Source: Gonapodya sp. JEL0774 (taxonomy: Eukaryota). Taken from it: DNA of 64,000 nucleotides. The DNA lies in contig JADIIX010000083.1 in the NCBI GenBank assembly GCA_027604505.1, forward strand, positions 1 through 64,000. The letters are read 5' to 3'. Under the pieces are notes generated by a model. That model saw only the letters and a program-made list of their open reading frames with translations. It did no database searches and was not told the DNA's origin. Shown here piece by piece: positions 52,370-64,000 of this stretch (the first letter of the stretch is position 1; each line of letters opens with the position of its first letter). Position numbers and translations under genes: made by a program.

Positions 52370-55060
52370 GGGGAATCGTCGGTCAGCAACGCAAGGCACA
52401 GAAAAACCAAACGAGACAGCACGGTGAATGAATGTCTCATAACAAGAGCTTTGTCCCCATGCACACGACCATGGGTACAAATGGAAGGGTATGCGAGAAG
52501 ACGGCAACAATCAACTGGGTTTTGTCGTGCACCACCCTACTACACATGCCACAAAAAGTACAAGAATAGGCTGTGGTGGATGTGGGTGGCGGGGGTGTCT
52601 TTGTTGGGTGAGGACGCAAAGAAATCAAATAAGATTATACGTGGGGAGGTGACAACACGGGTTCGGCATGGCATGTCAAAGTTGCAAACTGGGCAGTCGA
52701 ACAAGAGAGGGATCACGAGAGACGTGCCTGCGCAAGCCAGCTGGTAGAGTCACATTGTGTTTAAGGCATGGCGGAAAGCACGGTGGAGGGCACGCTACAA
52801 GGTCGAGTGTGTGTTTGGACGCGAGCGCGAGGAGAGCCGAGGATCGTGCTTCCGTTTGTGCGCGTGGGAATATCGTCACATAACACAACCCCCACGGGGG
52901 CGGGGGTTGGCTCTTAGGCAAAGTGTCCCAAAAAAGAATTGAAGAGCAAGCAGGAAGCAACGATCAGAACACATGAAATCTGGGAACCAAAGGGGGAGTG
53001 TCCGATAAGCGGGACGTGGACCATCGTAGGCCGCGAAAAAAAGAGCTACAGGCAGTCTCATGTTCCCGGCTACAGCAACTGCGGGTTGGGGTTCGTGGTG
53101 CACCACCGACCCATCTCACCCCTGAATCACCACCCCGGTGCCACGAAAAGCGGGTAAGGCACGGTGCGGGGGGTGATCTTGGGTCGGCGTCACAGGGCGA
53201 ACAAGGAAACGCACCAAAACCGAAAAAAGACGCACTTTACGACGATGCGTAGGTGGTTGAGCGTTGTGTCGGATCAACATAGTTTTGTCACCACGCACCA
53301 CCACACGTGGGTTCCACGCACGACCAAGGGTGCGTTTGCGACTGTTTCACCTTCCACGAGCGACAAAGGCCAAAAGTTCACTCGTCGAGAACCTCCGGCC
53401 AGCACACACAGTCGTAGTTCGCGGGGTTCACGTTCCATTTTCCAGGGCTGTAGCAGTAATCTTTTGGTCCTGCACCACCGGCCCGACTCACCACTCCATG
53501 CCACACAATGAGCGTTTGCTTGCTACGCTGTCTGCGTGGGGGCGTGCCCTGTGAGTCGGGCGTGACTTTGGTCGGCCGTCGGCGGCACAGGACGCAACAA
53601 CAAACTAAAAACGAAACATACGAGAGCCGCAGCGCAGCGCGGAAGGAGTAAAGATCCGTGCTCTTGGCCCTTGATCAAACCTTTGTCCCCACCCACCACG
53701 ACACGGCTGCGTTCCCACGACCTAAAGGGTACACACGTGACCTCGTACCCTTTTTCACGTCCAGCCTCACCGCGATCAACCCAATTCTGCAAGACTTCGT
53801 CGAGCACCACCCGACCGGCCCGCCTCGTCGCCTCGCCCACCTGCGGCACACAACGATGTAGGGTGGGCAGTGTGAGGTCGGGGGGAACCTTGTGGCTTGG
53901 TCGGTGACACAAGGCGCAAAAAAAAAATAAAATAAAAAATAATCCAAACCACAACACAAAACCCAAACACAATTAAATGATTAAGAATTAAAAAAAAATA
54001 CTATACCAACCACATCCCCATCCCCATCCCCCATGAGATTTCGAAAAGTTTCAGAATCTTCATCCCANNNNNNNNNNTTGGGGTTTGTCGGTTCAACCCC
54101 GCCCAAAAAAAAAAAAAAAAAAAAAAATTGAAAGGAAAGCAGCCCGCGTAGCGTACACACTGCGCGACTGCAGGGGTGAAACACCAACCACGCTCCAAGC
54201 GATCCGAGGATTTTGTCACCAAACAACCACACACCGTACCCCACGAAATGAGATACATATCTGGAATCCGTGACCAAGGGTGCGTGTGCCCACGTGTCCA
54301 CACTCCACGTCCACAGCCGGAAACGAAACGAGAGTCGTCGTGTGCCACCGACCTGCCTGGCCCCCGCCAAGTCGCCACTCGCCACCGCCCACCCCCGGTG
54401 CCTCAAAACGAGCGCCAAGTGACGCTGTAACATTGTAATGTGGGGGGGGTGGTTGGCGAGAGTGGGGAGGGAGGTGTCTTGGTCGGCGACACATGGCGTA
54501 AAAACAAGCTTGATAACAATGAGGACGGAACGCAAAGCAGGGGAGGTGGAAAGTGCGTGTTCGTGATCAGGGGGTGTGTCCCCAGGCACCAAGGCACCAC
54601 GAGTCCACGAGCAAAGCGATGCATGCGGGCTGTGTTTCAGGTCCAAACTCCAAGCACAGCAAAAAAAATATATGCTTGAGCCAGATGCATTGTCGTGGTA
54701 TCGCGGACCTGCTCACCCCACATACTCGCCACCTAGGGGAGCAAATCGAGTGTTTGCCCACTGTGTGGTGGTGGCGACTGGCGTGTGACGCGCAGAGGGG
54801 GGGGGGGGGGAGGCGTTCTTTGGTCGGCGGCCCATGGCGCAAAAGAGACATCGAGTTTTCCTGTTCCAGGTGATCCAGGCGATCCAGACTGGGACTTGGG
54901 TCGTGCGTGTATGAGTGCATAGTGATCGAGGGAGTGTGGTGTCAGCCGTCAGGCGTGCATCCAAACTCTAAGTGGTTAAGCGAGGGCCGAGTTGGAAAGG
55001 TGGCCGCCAGGGTCACACAGCGTGACAGGTGTGGAGGGTGCGGCGAAACAAGGCGCAATC
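52370..55060. repeat. Gene-free block with degenerate dispersed repeat motif
   Basis: Motif TTGGTCGGCGACACAAGGCGCAAAA-like near 52378, 53179, 53568, 53897, 54479, 54820, with a partial copy at ~55040. Confidence 0.5.
54068..54077. other. Assembly gap (N run)
   Basis: Run of N. Confidence 1.
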
Positions 55061-55513
55061 ATTGGGAACGAGTGCGAGGAGAGCCGAGCCGCCGAGGACT
55101 ATGTTTGTGGCTCATGGGCCAGTGGGCCGGTAGTGCAGCGCACACGGCGGACACGGCGGCAGGGGTGTGTGTGTCTGTGACTCCGTGTGTGGCTCTCTGG
55201 CAGCGCGTCCCGAAAACAAGGTACGAAAGAGTAAGCGGACCACACGCCATAGTCCACACGCCACAGTCAGAGCGGGGCAGGCATGCAAGTTGCGGGAGGG
55301 AGAAAACGAGGGGAATTGGAGGGGGAACGGGGGAACGGTGAGGATGAGGAGGACGTATCACATTTGTAGTTTGGGATGAAGGGGGGAAAGGGAAGGAAGG
55401 GAGAGCGGAGGGGAAGAAGGGGATGGAGGGAAAGAGGGAAAGAGGGGATGTGAAGGGGCAAAACAGAAGAGAGATGGGAGAGAGAGAAGAAGGAGAGGTG
55501 ACGTCATGGGATG

Positions 55514-55522
55514 NNNNNNNNN
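55514..55522. other. Assembly gap (N run)
   Basis: Run of N. Confidence 1.
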
Positions 55523-55728
55523 GGCGCGCGCCCCGACCGCCCCGCGACCTCAGGGCACCCCGGGCCGCGACACGGGGGGGGGGCCGGTGCACACCAAGAA
55601 CGAGTGGCACAATTCTGTCGGCAGGTGCACGGTCACCGCACCTGGCGGCCGTCTCCAAACAATCGGCACAACCCGCAACGACAACGAAAGACACGGAGAG
55701 CCACACACACAGATTTGCGACGGAGGAG

Positions 55729-58700
55729 ATGATGACGTTTGAAGAGAGTCCCAGTCCTGGAGGCACGCCGCTTGTGGACGGGAGACAGTTGGGTCAGGTG
55801 GGGACCATATGGGGGTAAACACAGCGGAGAGGGAAGGGCAGAGAGCAGAGCGGGGGATGAGATGGACAAAGACTGACTTGAGGGACATTCGCCCGCTCCG
55901 CCAGCTTGACCGATTGGAGCTGCAGAAACTGGCAAGAAAACTGGAGATTCCGGAGGACAAGAAGGTGAGTGGGCGACGTGCGAGTACGGAGAGAGACAGA
56001 CACTCACACGCTCCAACCCAACTCTCGCCCACTCCCCCCCCCCCCCCATGACCCCATGACCCCATGCCGGACACTCAGAACTCAGAACTCATCGATCTCA
56101 TCAGAATCCATCTCAAGAGGTGAAGACTCAGTGTTGACTCGAGCAACGCACACTTCACCCACTCCCTCCCGACTCTCACCCACCACACACCCACTCCCAC
56201 CTACCACCACCCCTCTAGCTCCCTCCTGCCTCTCTCCCCATCCCCTCCCTCTCTTCCCCTCTCCAACTCCCATAACCTCGCTCTCAACGACGACCTCGAC
56301 GACGTTGACGACGGCGACGACGACGACGAGGAGGCTGAAGGCGACGGGAACGGGGACGGGGAAGACGAAGAAGGTGAAGGTGGCGGAGACGGAGATGACG
56401 AAGAGGGTGATGGTGAGAGGGACCCGGAAGACGAAACCCACGAGGAACTTGAAGACCTCGACGACCTCCCAGAATCCCACCTCGTAGCCGCAGACCACTC
56501 GGACGAGCCGGGTGACCAAGACCAGGCGGAGGACCTGGACCTCGACCGTGGCCAAGGACGTGAAGGACACGACGGACACGACGGACACGACGGCCGTGGT
56601 GACAGAAACGGACACGGGGATGAGAACGGGGACAGCGAGGGGGACCGCGAGGAGAACGGGGACCGTGCCCACGACCACCACCAAGACATCGACGACGAAG
56701 ACGCCGCCCTCCTCGAAGAAGAACTCAGGCTCGAGAGGGAGCTCGAGGAGGAGGAGCGAAGGGTGGCGGAGGAGGAGGAGGCGGGGGATGTGGGGGAGAT
56801 GGGGGAGGAGAAGGAGGTTGAGATGGAGCAGGAGGAGGGGGAGACGGAAATGAGTGCGGAAGAGGACAAGGAGGGCCAGAGCGAGAGCGAGGGCGGGCGT
56901 GGGTCGCCAGTCCTGGACAGCGAGGGCGATGGGGGAGTCGTGGATGGCGAGGGTGACGGGGATGGTGATGGTGGTGGCGAGGGTCATAGTGGCGTGCACG
57001 AGGCGGAGACGGAGGCGGAGGTGCACAGCCGGGGGGCATCGGAGCCAGAACCCGAACCCGAACCAGAACCCGAGCTAGAAACAGAAACAGAAGCGGAACT
57101 GGACCTCGAACCAGAACCCGACTTGGCCGAACCGGAGCTGGAGATGGGCGAGCACGGGGACGGGGACGGGGACGGTCAGGGGGACGCACACCTCGACCAG
57201 GACCCCGAGCACGACGCCGAACACGACACCCACGACCGAGAGCTCGACGTCCCCGAACAGGACCACGATCAGGACCACGACCAGGACCACGACCGGGACC
57301 ACGAGGAGGACCGAGACGGGGACGGGAATGGACACGGAGACAAGGGCACCCCGCACCGGGACTCGTTGACGATGGACAGCGGGGAGGAGGAGGGGGAGAG
57401 GGAGGGCGGGGAGGAGGACCGGGTGATGGAGGCGGAAGGGGCCGGCAACCAAGAACAACTACCACACCACCACCAACACACCCCGTCCACCCCGTCGCTC
57501 CCCGTGGCGCACCGCTGGGTGATGGACGAGGCGGATATGGTGACGCCAGAGAGGGGGGGAGGCGAGGAGTTGGGGGAGGAAGCCGAGCGGGGTGAACGGG
57601 AGGGGGAGAGCGACGAGGAGGGGGAAGGGGAAGGGGAGGACGAAGATGGGGTGGATGTGGACGAGAGTAAGTCTTTTTTTTTCTTTGGTCTGTGCGTGTT
57701 TGTGTGGGTTCCAGCCCATCGCACCCCCCCCCCACCAAAACCCAGAATACCTCTCCCTCACCTCCCCCACACCACACCACACCAATCGAGCCATGTCCAC
57801 CGCCGCCGCCACCGCACACCGTGCTCGATCTCGCACCCGGTCCAGCTCCGGCTCCCACCACGAGGACCACCACATCGGCACCGCCACCCCCCCCGCCCCC
57901 GCCCCCGCCCCCGCCACCACCCGCCGCCTCCCCCACCCCACATCCCACCTCATCCACGCAGGCCTAGGCGACATTGTGGACGTGCTTGTGGGGGAGGGGA
58001 TTATAGGGGGAGGGGTCGGCGGGGAAGGGGAAGGGGAAGTGGAGGGAGAGAGGGAATGGCACACACTGAGACAGTGCGACGTGGCGGCGCTGAGGGCGGC
58101 TGGTGTGAGTGTGGGGAGGGCGGTGAAGGTGGTGGAGGTGGTCAGGGGTGAGTTTTTCTCCTGCTTTTTTTGTTTTGAGGGGGGTGGGGCGGCGAGGGGG
58201 GTGTGTGGTGGTGGACACCGACTGACTGATTGTCTGATTGGTTGTTGTTTGTTTTGGTCAGCACTGTTCCCGCAGGACGCCGCGCACACTGCCACTGCCG
58301 GAGTGATAACTCAGGCGGGCGATGCTGGGGGACCAACTGCCACTGCCGCCGCCGCAGCGGAAGGCGGAGGGGAAGGGGACGGTCCCTTGCACGGGTCAGA
58401 GGCGGCGGGGGCGACCACGGGGGACAAGGGGAAGGCAAAGGGAAAGGGCAAAGCCAAGGCTAAGCCCACAACGACACCGGCACCGGCACCGGCTCCCAAA
58501 CCCAAACCGAAACCACAATCCGCCCCTGCCTCCGCCCGCCGCCCGGCCAAACCCTCGTCCCACCCGGACCCCGCGCCATCGGCCCCCTCGGTCACCCCCC
58601 CCACCGCTCCCACCGCCGACCAAGCACACCTCATCGACCGCCTCGTCCAGCAACGTGTCGCACAGGCTCTCCGCGAGCGAGACGTCCACAGGGAGGGTGA

Positions 58701-59985
58701 GGTGGAGCAGGGGTACGTGAGCGGGTATAGGGTGGGCCATGCGCAGGGGGTGGCGCAGGCGCAGGCGCAGGCGCGGGCAGGGCCGAAAGTTGTGGCTGGC
58801 GTGTGGGGCGGGGGGGTGGTCGTGGTTGGGGCGAAGAAGGTGACGGGTGAGTTTTTTGGCTGGGGAGGTGGAGGGGGGAAGGACCGCTGGGATGGCAATT
58901 TCGGCTTAGAGTGGCTGGTTTTGGTGGCTCGTGTCTTGTGGTGTGTGGGGGGAGGAAGCCTGCAGATTAGACCGTCCGCCTGCCCTAACCCGCTGGCATG
59001 TCCCCTCCAAGTCTCCACCCCGCCCGCACAACCTCCCGTCGTCCACCACGTCCACCACGTCCGGTTCGAAAAGGACAAGGGCAAACCCATCGCCGCCGCG
59101 ATCGGTGAACGTGCCGCCAGCGGATCGGGATCTGCGTTTGCGTCTGGTCGCGGGAGGGATCAAGTGCCGAAAAAGGCCGTCAAGGGTCCCGCTCCGGGGT
59201 CGGCGTCGGGTGCGGGTGCGAGTGCCAGCGGGGTGGACAAGGGCAAGGACAAGGAGAAACCCAAGGTGGTGGAGAAACCCCAGGTGGTGAAGGTTGTCCG
59301 GCCGAAGCCGGTGAAGACGGCCCGGGATCCAGCGTGAGTTGGGTGTGCCAGGGAGTCGGGGCGGGGGGTGCATGTCGAGACTAACGCTCTTCAATGTTCT
59401 TCCCACAGTGCTGTCCCCCGCCCTCAAACGGCACCAACCATATCAAAGGCCACTGTGAAGCCTGTGGTGGCTTCGTCGAGAGCTCCTTCTGCTGCGAAAC
59501 CTGCGACGGGACCCACGTCAGCGCCGGGATCGTCCGCCTCCTCGTCGGCCGCTGCCGCGAAGAGAACACCCCCCGCAGCCTCTGGGGGGCTGCTCAAGGT
59601 GGCTCTCGGTAAGCAACCCGCCGGGCCTGGATCAGGCAGTCATGGAGCGCCTGGCGGGAAACATGTCAAGGGAACACAAGCACCACCTCCGAGTCCGGCT
59701 GGAGGAAGTGAAGCCGGTAGTGTAAAGGGGAATTCGGCCAAGAAGCTGCACGTGGTGAATGGGTCGGTGGCGGCAGTGGCGGCAAAGAAGGACGGGCCAC
59801 GAGTGGGGACCGTTTCGCAGGCTCAGACTCAAGCGAAACGCAAGGCAAATGAGGCGAAGGTCGGGGCTGGAGGGAGCTCAGCAAAGGGTAGCTCAGCTGG
59901 GCGGATTTCCAGTGCACAGAGCGCATTGAAACCCAGGTCTGCGGGTAGTGGCCAGGGTGCCAAGGGTAGGGACGTGTCCAAATGA
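55729..59985 (+). CDS. Large low-complexity protein: N-terminal SAP/HeH-like helical motif, very acidic middle, basic K/A/P-rich tail
   Basis: Spliced N-terminus MMTFEESPSP...GRQLGQ|LDRLELQKLARKLEIPEDKK|NSELIDLIRIHLK, then long D/E/G/H-rich exons (EPEPEP, DHDQ repeats) and K/A/P/S-rich final exons ending at TGA 59983-59985. The exon structure is approximate. Confidence 0.6.
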
Positions 59986-61359
59986 TGGGTGAGATGTTTG
60001 GAACGGTGTGGTGTCTCATGGGAAGGGACTTCGGGCTTGATCTTGGCTGTGTTGTTTGCATGCAAGTGAAATGGCAGTATAAAGTACAAGAATAATGATG
60101 TAACGTCCACCTCGAGTGAAAGGCACAGAACAGGAAGTGAAACAGCTAATATGTACTCATCCTTCAATGCGCACGGGAGATGCGTGTGCTAATTATAATG
60201 AATGACGCACGCCGGCAAGGAAAGAGTGCTCCCCTTTGGTGGCGTTGTCGTACAAATTTTACATGTCCAGTGTCAATGTTTCTTTTCGGAGCTCTCGGCA
60301 TTCAGTGGTTTGTTATTGCGTTATGAGCGTTTTGACTCATTACATAACTCTCTTCATTTACCGAGGAGCCTCCCTCGACAGCTGTGTTTCTCCATGATGG
60401 GCGGTGCTTGGGGAATGAACTGAACGCTAGACAATTTCAGAAGTTGGTACCGTACTTGAAGGGGTGGGAAGACGGTCGTAGGGTCGCAGAGATTCCCGGA
60501 CCTGTAGGACGCAGTATTGAATCGAGGAGAATTTGGATCTTACAAAGCAACAAAGACGTTTTCACTCCCCTCCAATCATGTTCACTTGCAGAAAGACATG
60601 GGTGTCATCAACAAACAAGGAAAGATGCTCCCTTGTAACCGAACTACTAAATCGATTGTCCTGACCTGTCACTACCGAACATTCAAGTCATATTCAGAAA
60701 CCTCGGTAGGGCACCTTGCGCTCTCACTTGAATCTCCCAACAGCGAATTCGGCATTCCACCACTGTTGTTGGGTTCTGACTGCCGACATGTGTGCGACCG
60801 AATCAGTCACTAATGCATTCACGTCCACTCTCCACGTCGGGGAGCGACGGAGTGGACAGGACGTGTTGGTCTGGTAGTTGTTGGTGGTTCCCTGATTCAA
60901 GTCATGCGGGGTCAGAATACAGAACATTTTGGCAAGTCAGGGTCAGAAATAAGGTGCGCCAAGGGTCCGTGAATTGGGTGAGCTGCGGGTCGGAGAAAAT
61001 ATTCATGCGCAGGATTGGAGTCGGCTGAACATAACACCCGGCGTTGGGAAAAACATATCAACACAAAGCCTTCAGAAGGAAGCAGTACACACAAACCTCT
61101 TTGATCGAACATTTTTTCACTGCATCTCAATCTTTTCGCAGGGAAATGGATTTCTGGAGTGAGGATCGGAACGGGCAGAAATGATTCAAGCGAAGCGGTC
61201 TTTTGAAATCACACTCGGATATTACAGCATCGCTCTCCCAAGCCCACGTTGCTTAACACCAAGTGGCAAATCACGACCCATGTCCAATCACTCCATTTGT
61301 TACCAACTGATATCCCCCGCCGACTCCCTTGAGCTTTCGGCACCCGCAACTGGAACACC

Positions 61360-62436
61360 ATGTCGACTCGGGCTCCCCATGACAGTGAATCCAGCGACGA
61401 TTCTTCTCCTCAGTCCCATCACCCGCACTCAACACTGGACAGAAAGATGCGAGCACAACGGGAGAAGAACAAGGCGGCGCAAAAGGTGGGTTGGAGCGAA
61501 AGTGTTTAGGACCGACCGACCCAGTATCGCTGGGATCAATCAGCTGGATTTCATCATCGCTGACAGCAACCATGATCGAACTGACTCATGTTTGCTCCAA
61601 TGTATTCCTTCTCTGATGTTTTACCTTCCGTTCCCTGCAAACAGGCTTGGAGATCACGGAGACGACAGGAGCTGGATGACCTCCGCACGTCTTCTCTAGA
61701 AAGCGACAATCGTGCCAGGCAGCTCGAATTGGAGAACGTCGCCTTGCGAGAGAAGAATCGAAGTCTGGAGGCTCAGCTGGAGCTAGTCAAGAACATGCTC
61801 GGACATCGTTTCCCTCCATCTCCGTCACCGTCTTCTGTTGAAGAACCAACTCCTCCTCGATCTGTATCAACACCACCATTCTCATCGTTTTCGGATCCTG
61901 TCAAAGAATTAGTGCGTGCACTGATGCCGCCAGTATCGGAAGCGCTAAGTTCCAGTTCGGGAACAGAAGCAAATGTGACCAACCCGGATCAATTCGAGAC
62001 CCCAGAATCCAATGCAGGAATGTGGCTCGAATCACCAATTCTACATCAGTCAAAGGAGAATGCGCAGCGTGTGGCATCGTCGTCTGACTCCTGGCTCTTG
62101 TGCGATGTGGGTACCAATTCGGCATAAGATTATGTTTGACCTCACATCGAGTTCTCCTCTGTTTCACAGCCCTCTGACCAGCACCAACAACCTCACAACT
62201 CTCTTTCACAGATGCAGTCAAGTGTACCTCCCCATCGGCTGGCACCACCCACTTCTATGCTCGATTTCACAACCGAACGCACTGAACAATCCATCTTCGA
62301 TTTGTCCCATGATAGTGTCGAGGAGTCAGATCCTATGCTTCCTGCATTCGAGGTACAGACTCCTGACCCAGACTTGGATATGCTCTCAAACGTGGATGGC
62401 AACCACCGGGACTGGTTGAGACAAGTTCGCGATTAG
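61360..62436 (+). CDS. bZIP transcription factor (Yap/AP-1-like basic region), copy A
   Basis: MSTRAPHDSESSDDSS...RKMRAQREKNKAAQK|AWRSRRRQELDDLRTSSLESDNRARQLELENVALREKNRSLEAQLELVK: N-x7-R basic motif plus a Leu heptad, with an intron inside the basic region. Confidence 0.85.
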
Positions 62437-63250
62437 CTTTTCCGGGTATTTTAGAAAGTATTTGTAGTTGTCGATAGCACTACCGTTATAATTGAATTTC
62501 AAACTTAGATGATTTTAACGGTGCCCGCCCTTCGAACGAACGCAATGCACCTATGCTGGAAGAGACTTCTTCCACAATGAAAATCCCCGAACGCAGTGTC
62601 TGTAACTTGCATCATCTGAACTTCCAACATTTATAGTAAGAAAACATGACATTGCGAAAAAGAAGGAATTGCTATGAATCTGTCGGTGGGGCGGAAGGTC
62701 AGGAAAACAAGGATTGGAAGGGGACAGGTCGCACCATGTTTACACACCGACCAGCCATCATTCGAGTAATTTTTATGACATTTCAGCGAGTTCTTTTGCT
62801 TCTTGAGAATGTACATGCAGTGACTTTTGGTTGTTCAACTACCGTCCAGCGGAATACGAGAATGTTCAACCGCCAACAACTGGAATTTTCTTATCTCAAA
62901 CCATTCAATAACTTGACCGAGTCCCACCCCGCACTGTGGTTCAATGACTCAACTCCGGGTATTTCGGTCCGACCAGGAAATCCCGCTGCGGTCTTCAATA
63001 GTAGAGGCGAGGTCAAGAAAACCTGCTGTGTGGCCGTTTCTTGCGAAATCACAAGAGGCTGCAAGGGGTTGTGGTTATTGTAATCCCAAATGCCGAGATT
63101 GCGATTGCCATCTGGGATAGAAGGGGGGGGGGGGGGCGGCAGGGTGAAGGCTGAGTGTTAGGCAAGAAATGACAAGTGAACAGGTGAGAAACCGAAGTAG
63201 ATATGTGTGCTGACCTTGGGGCTCATTAGAGGGTGGTTGATGTTGATCGT

Positions 63251-64000
63251 TCATCTCCGCTGGCTATTCACGGTGCGGGAAGGTTTCAGGGGCGGCGCCG
63301 GCGAACTTAAACATGCTCCACTTACTGAACTCATAAGCCATAAATTGTCCACCGGATCAATACCCCTGTCTTCGCACCACATATCGAGAAAGGAAGTTCT
63401 CTCGCCAGGCACCAGGCTTCTTCGATCGCGGTGATCTTGATTTTCCACTTGAAAAGAATTACCGATGCTGTGTGATGGCGTGGCTAGTGTGGAGTTCGGT
63501 GACATGGCTTGGGACATTTGGGAAGAGTTCTCGTCGGCAGGTGGGGGAAGAGAAGGAGGGAAACTGTGGCCGAGCATGCTCTTAATGAGTGCCAGCTGAG
63601 CTTCTAGACTTCGATTCTTCTCTCGCAGGGCGACGTTCTCCAATTCGAGCTGTCTGGCACGATTGTCACTTTCAAGAGAAGACGTGCGGAGGTTATCCAG
63701 CTCCTGTCGTCTCCGTGATCTCCAAGCCTGTTTCGAGGGAACGGAAGGTAAAACATCAGAGAAGGAATACATTGGAGCAAACATGAGTCAGTTCAATTAT
63801 GGTTGCTGTCAGCGATGATGAAATCCAGCTGATTGATCCTGGTGTCGCTGGCCGACATCAACACAATAGCTCTGACCCACTTTTTGTGCCGCCTTATTCT
63901 TCTCCCGCTGTGCTCGCATTTTCTTGTCCAGTGTTGAATGCGAGTGGTGGGACTGAGGAGAAGAATCGTCGCTGGATTCGCTGGCATGGAAAGCGCGGGT
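63251..64000 (-). CDS. bZIP transcription factor, copy B (inverted paralogue; start just beyond window, 3' end uncertain)
   Basis: TRAFHASESSDDSS...KKMRAQREKNKAAQK|AWRSRRRQELDNLRTSSLESDNRARQLELENVALREKNRSLEAQL, with the same intron position as copy A. Confidence 0.82.

Noticed and set aside
56082..59090. Long antisense ORFs (Ser-, Leu/Val- or Pro-rich)
   Set aside because: They are reverse-frame artefacts of the low-complexity acidic gene, and the splice signals support only the + strand.
60100..61300. Possible coding remnant upstream of bZIP copy A
   Set aside because: No frame with recognisable homology or coherent splice structure.

Overview
Eukaryotic genomic DNA from a fungus, gene-dense with many short GT-AG introns. 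A KilA-N/ankyrin SBF-type factor together with a cilium-associated CDKL kinase suggests a zoosporic, early-diverging fungus (chytrid/monoblepharid-like; inference). There are about 18 protein-coding loci: a PXA-domain protein, TmpA-family membrane flavoprotein, DHHC palmitoyltransferase, GSK3, DNA polymerase kappa, eIF3b, a disrupted NTF2-like gene, DPM3, Dug1/CNDP2 dipeptidase, NTE1-like patatin lipase, CDKL kinase, Swi4/Mbp1-like factor, ABCB transporter, NIF3, 4CL-like acyl-CoA ligase, a plant-type LRR single-pass membrane protein, an acidic low-complexity SAP/HeH-like protein, and two inverted, recently duplicated Yap-like bZIP genes. The most interesting non-coding signals are: (1) a ~350-nt multi-helix structured RNA candidate filling an unusually long eIF3b intron, which matches no ncRNA family I can recognise; (2) an H/ACA-like snoRNA candidate in another eIF3b intron; (3) a foldback-type element with internally repeated inverted arms; and (4) a degenerate ~25-bp motif recurring every ~300-800 bp in a gene-free 3.5-kb block. 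Exon boundaries were read by eye and are approximate. No tRNA, rRNA or CRISPR array was recognised.
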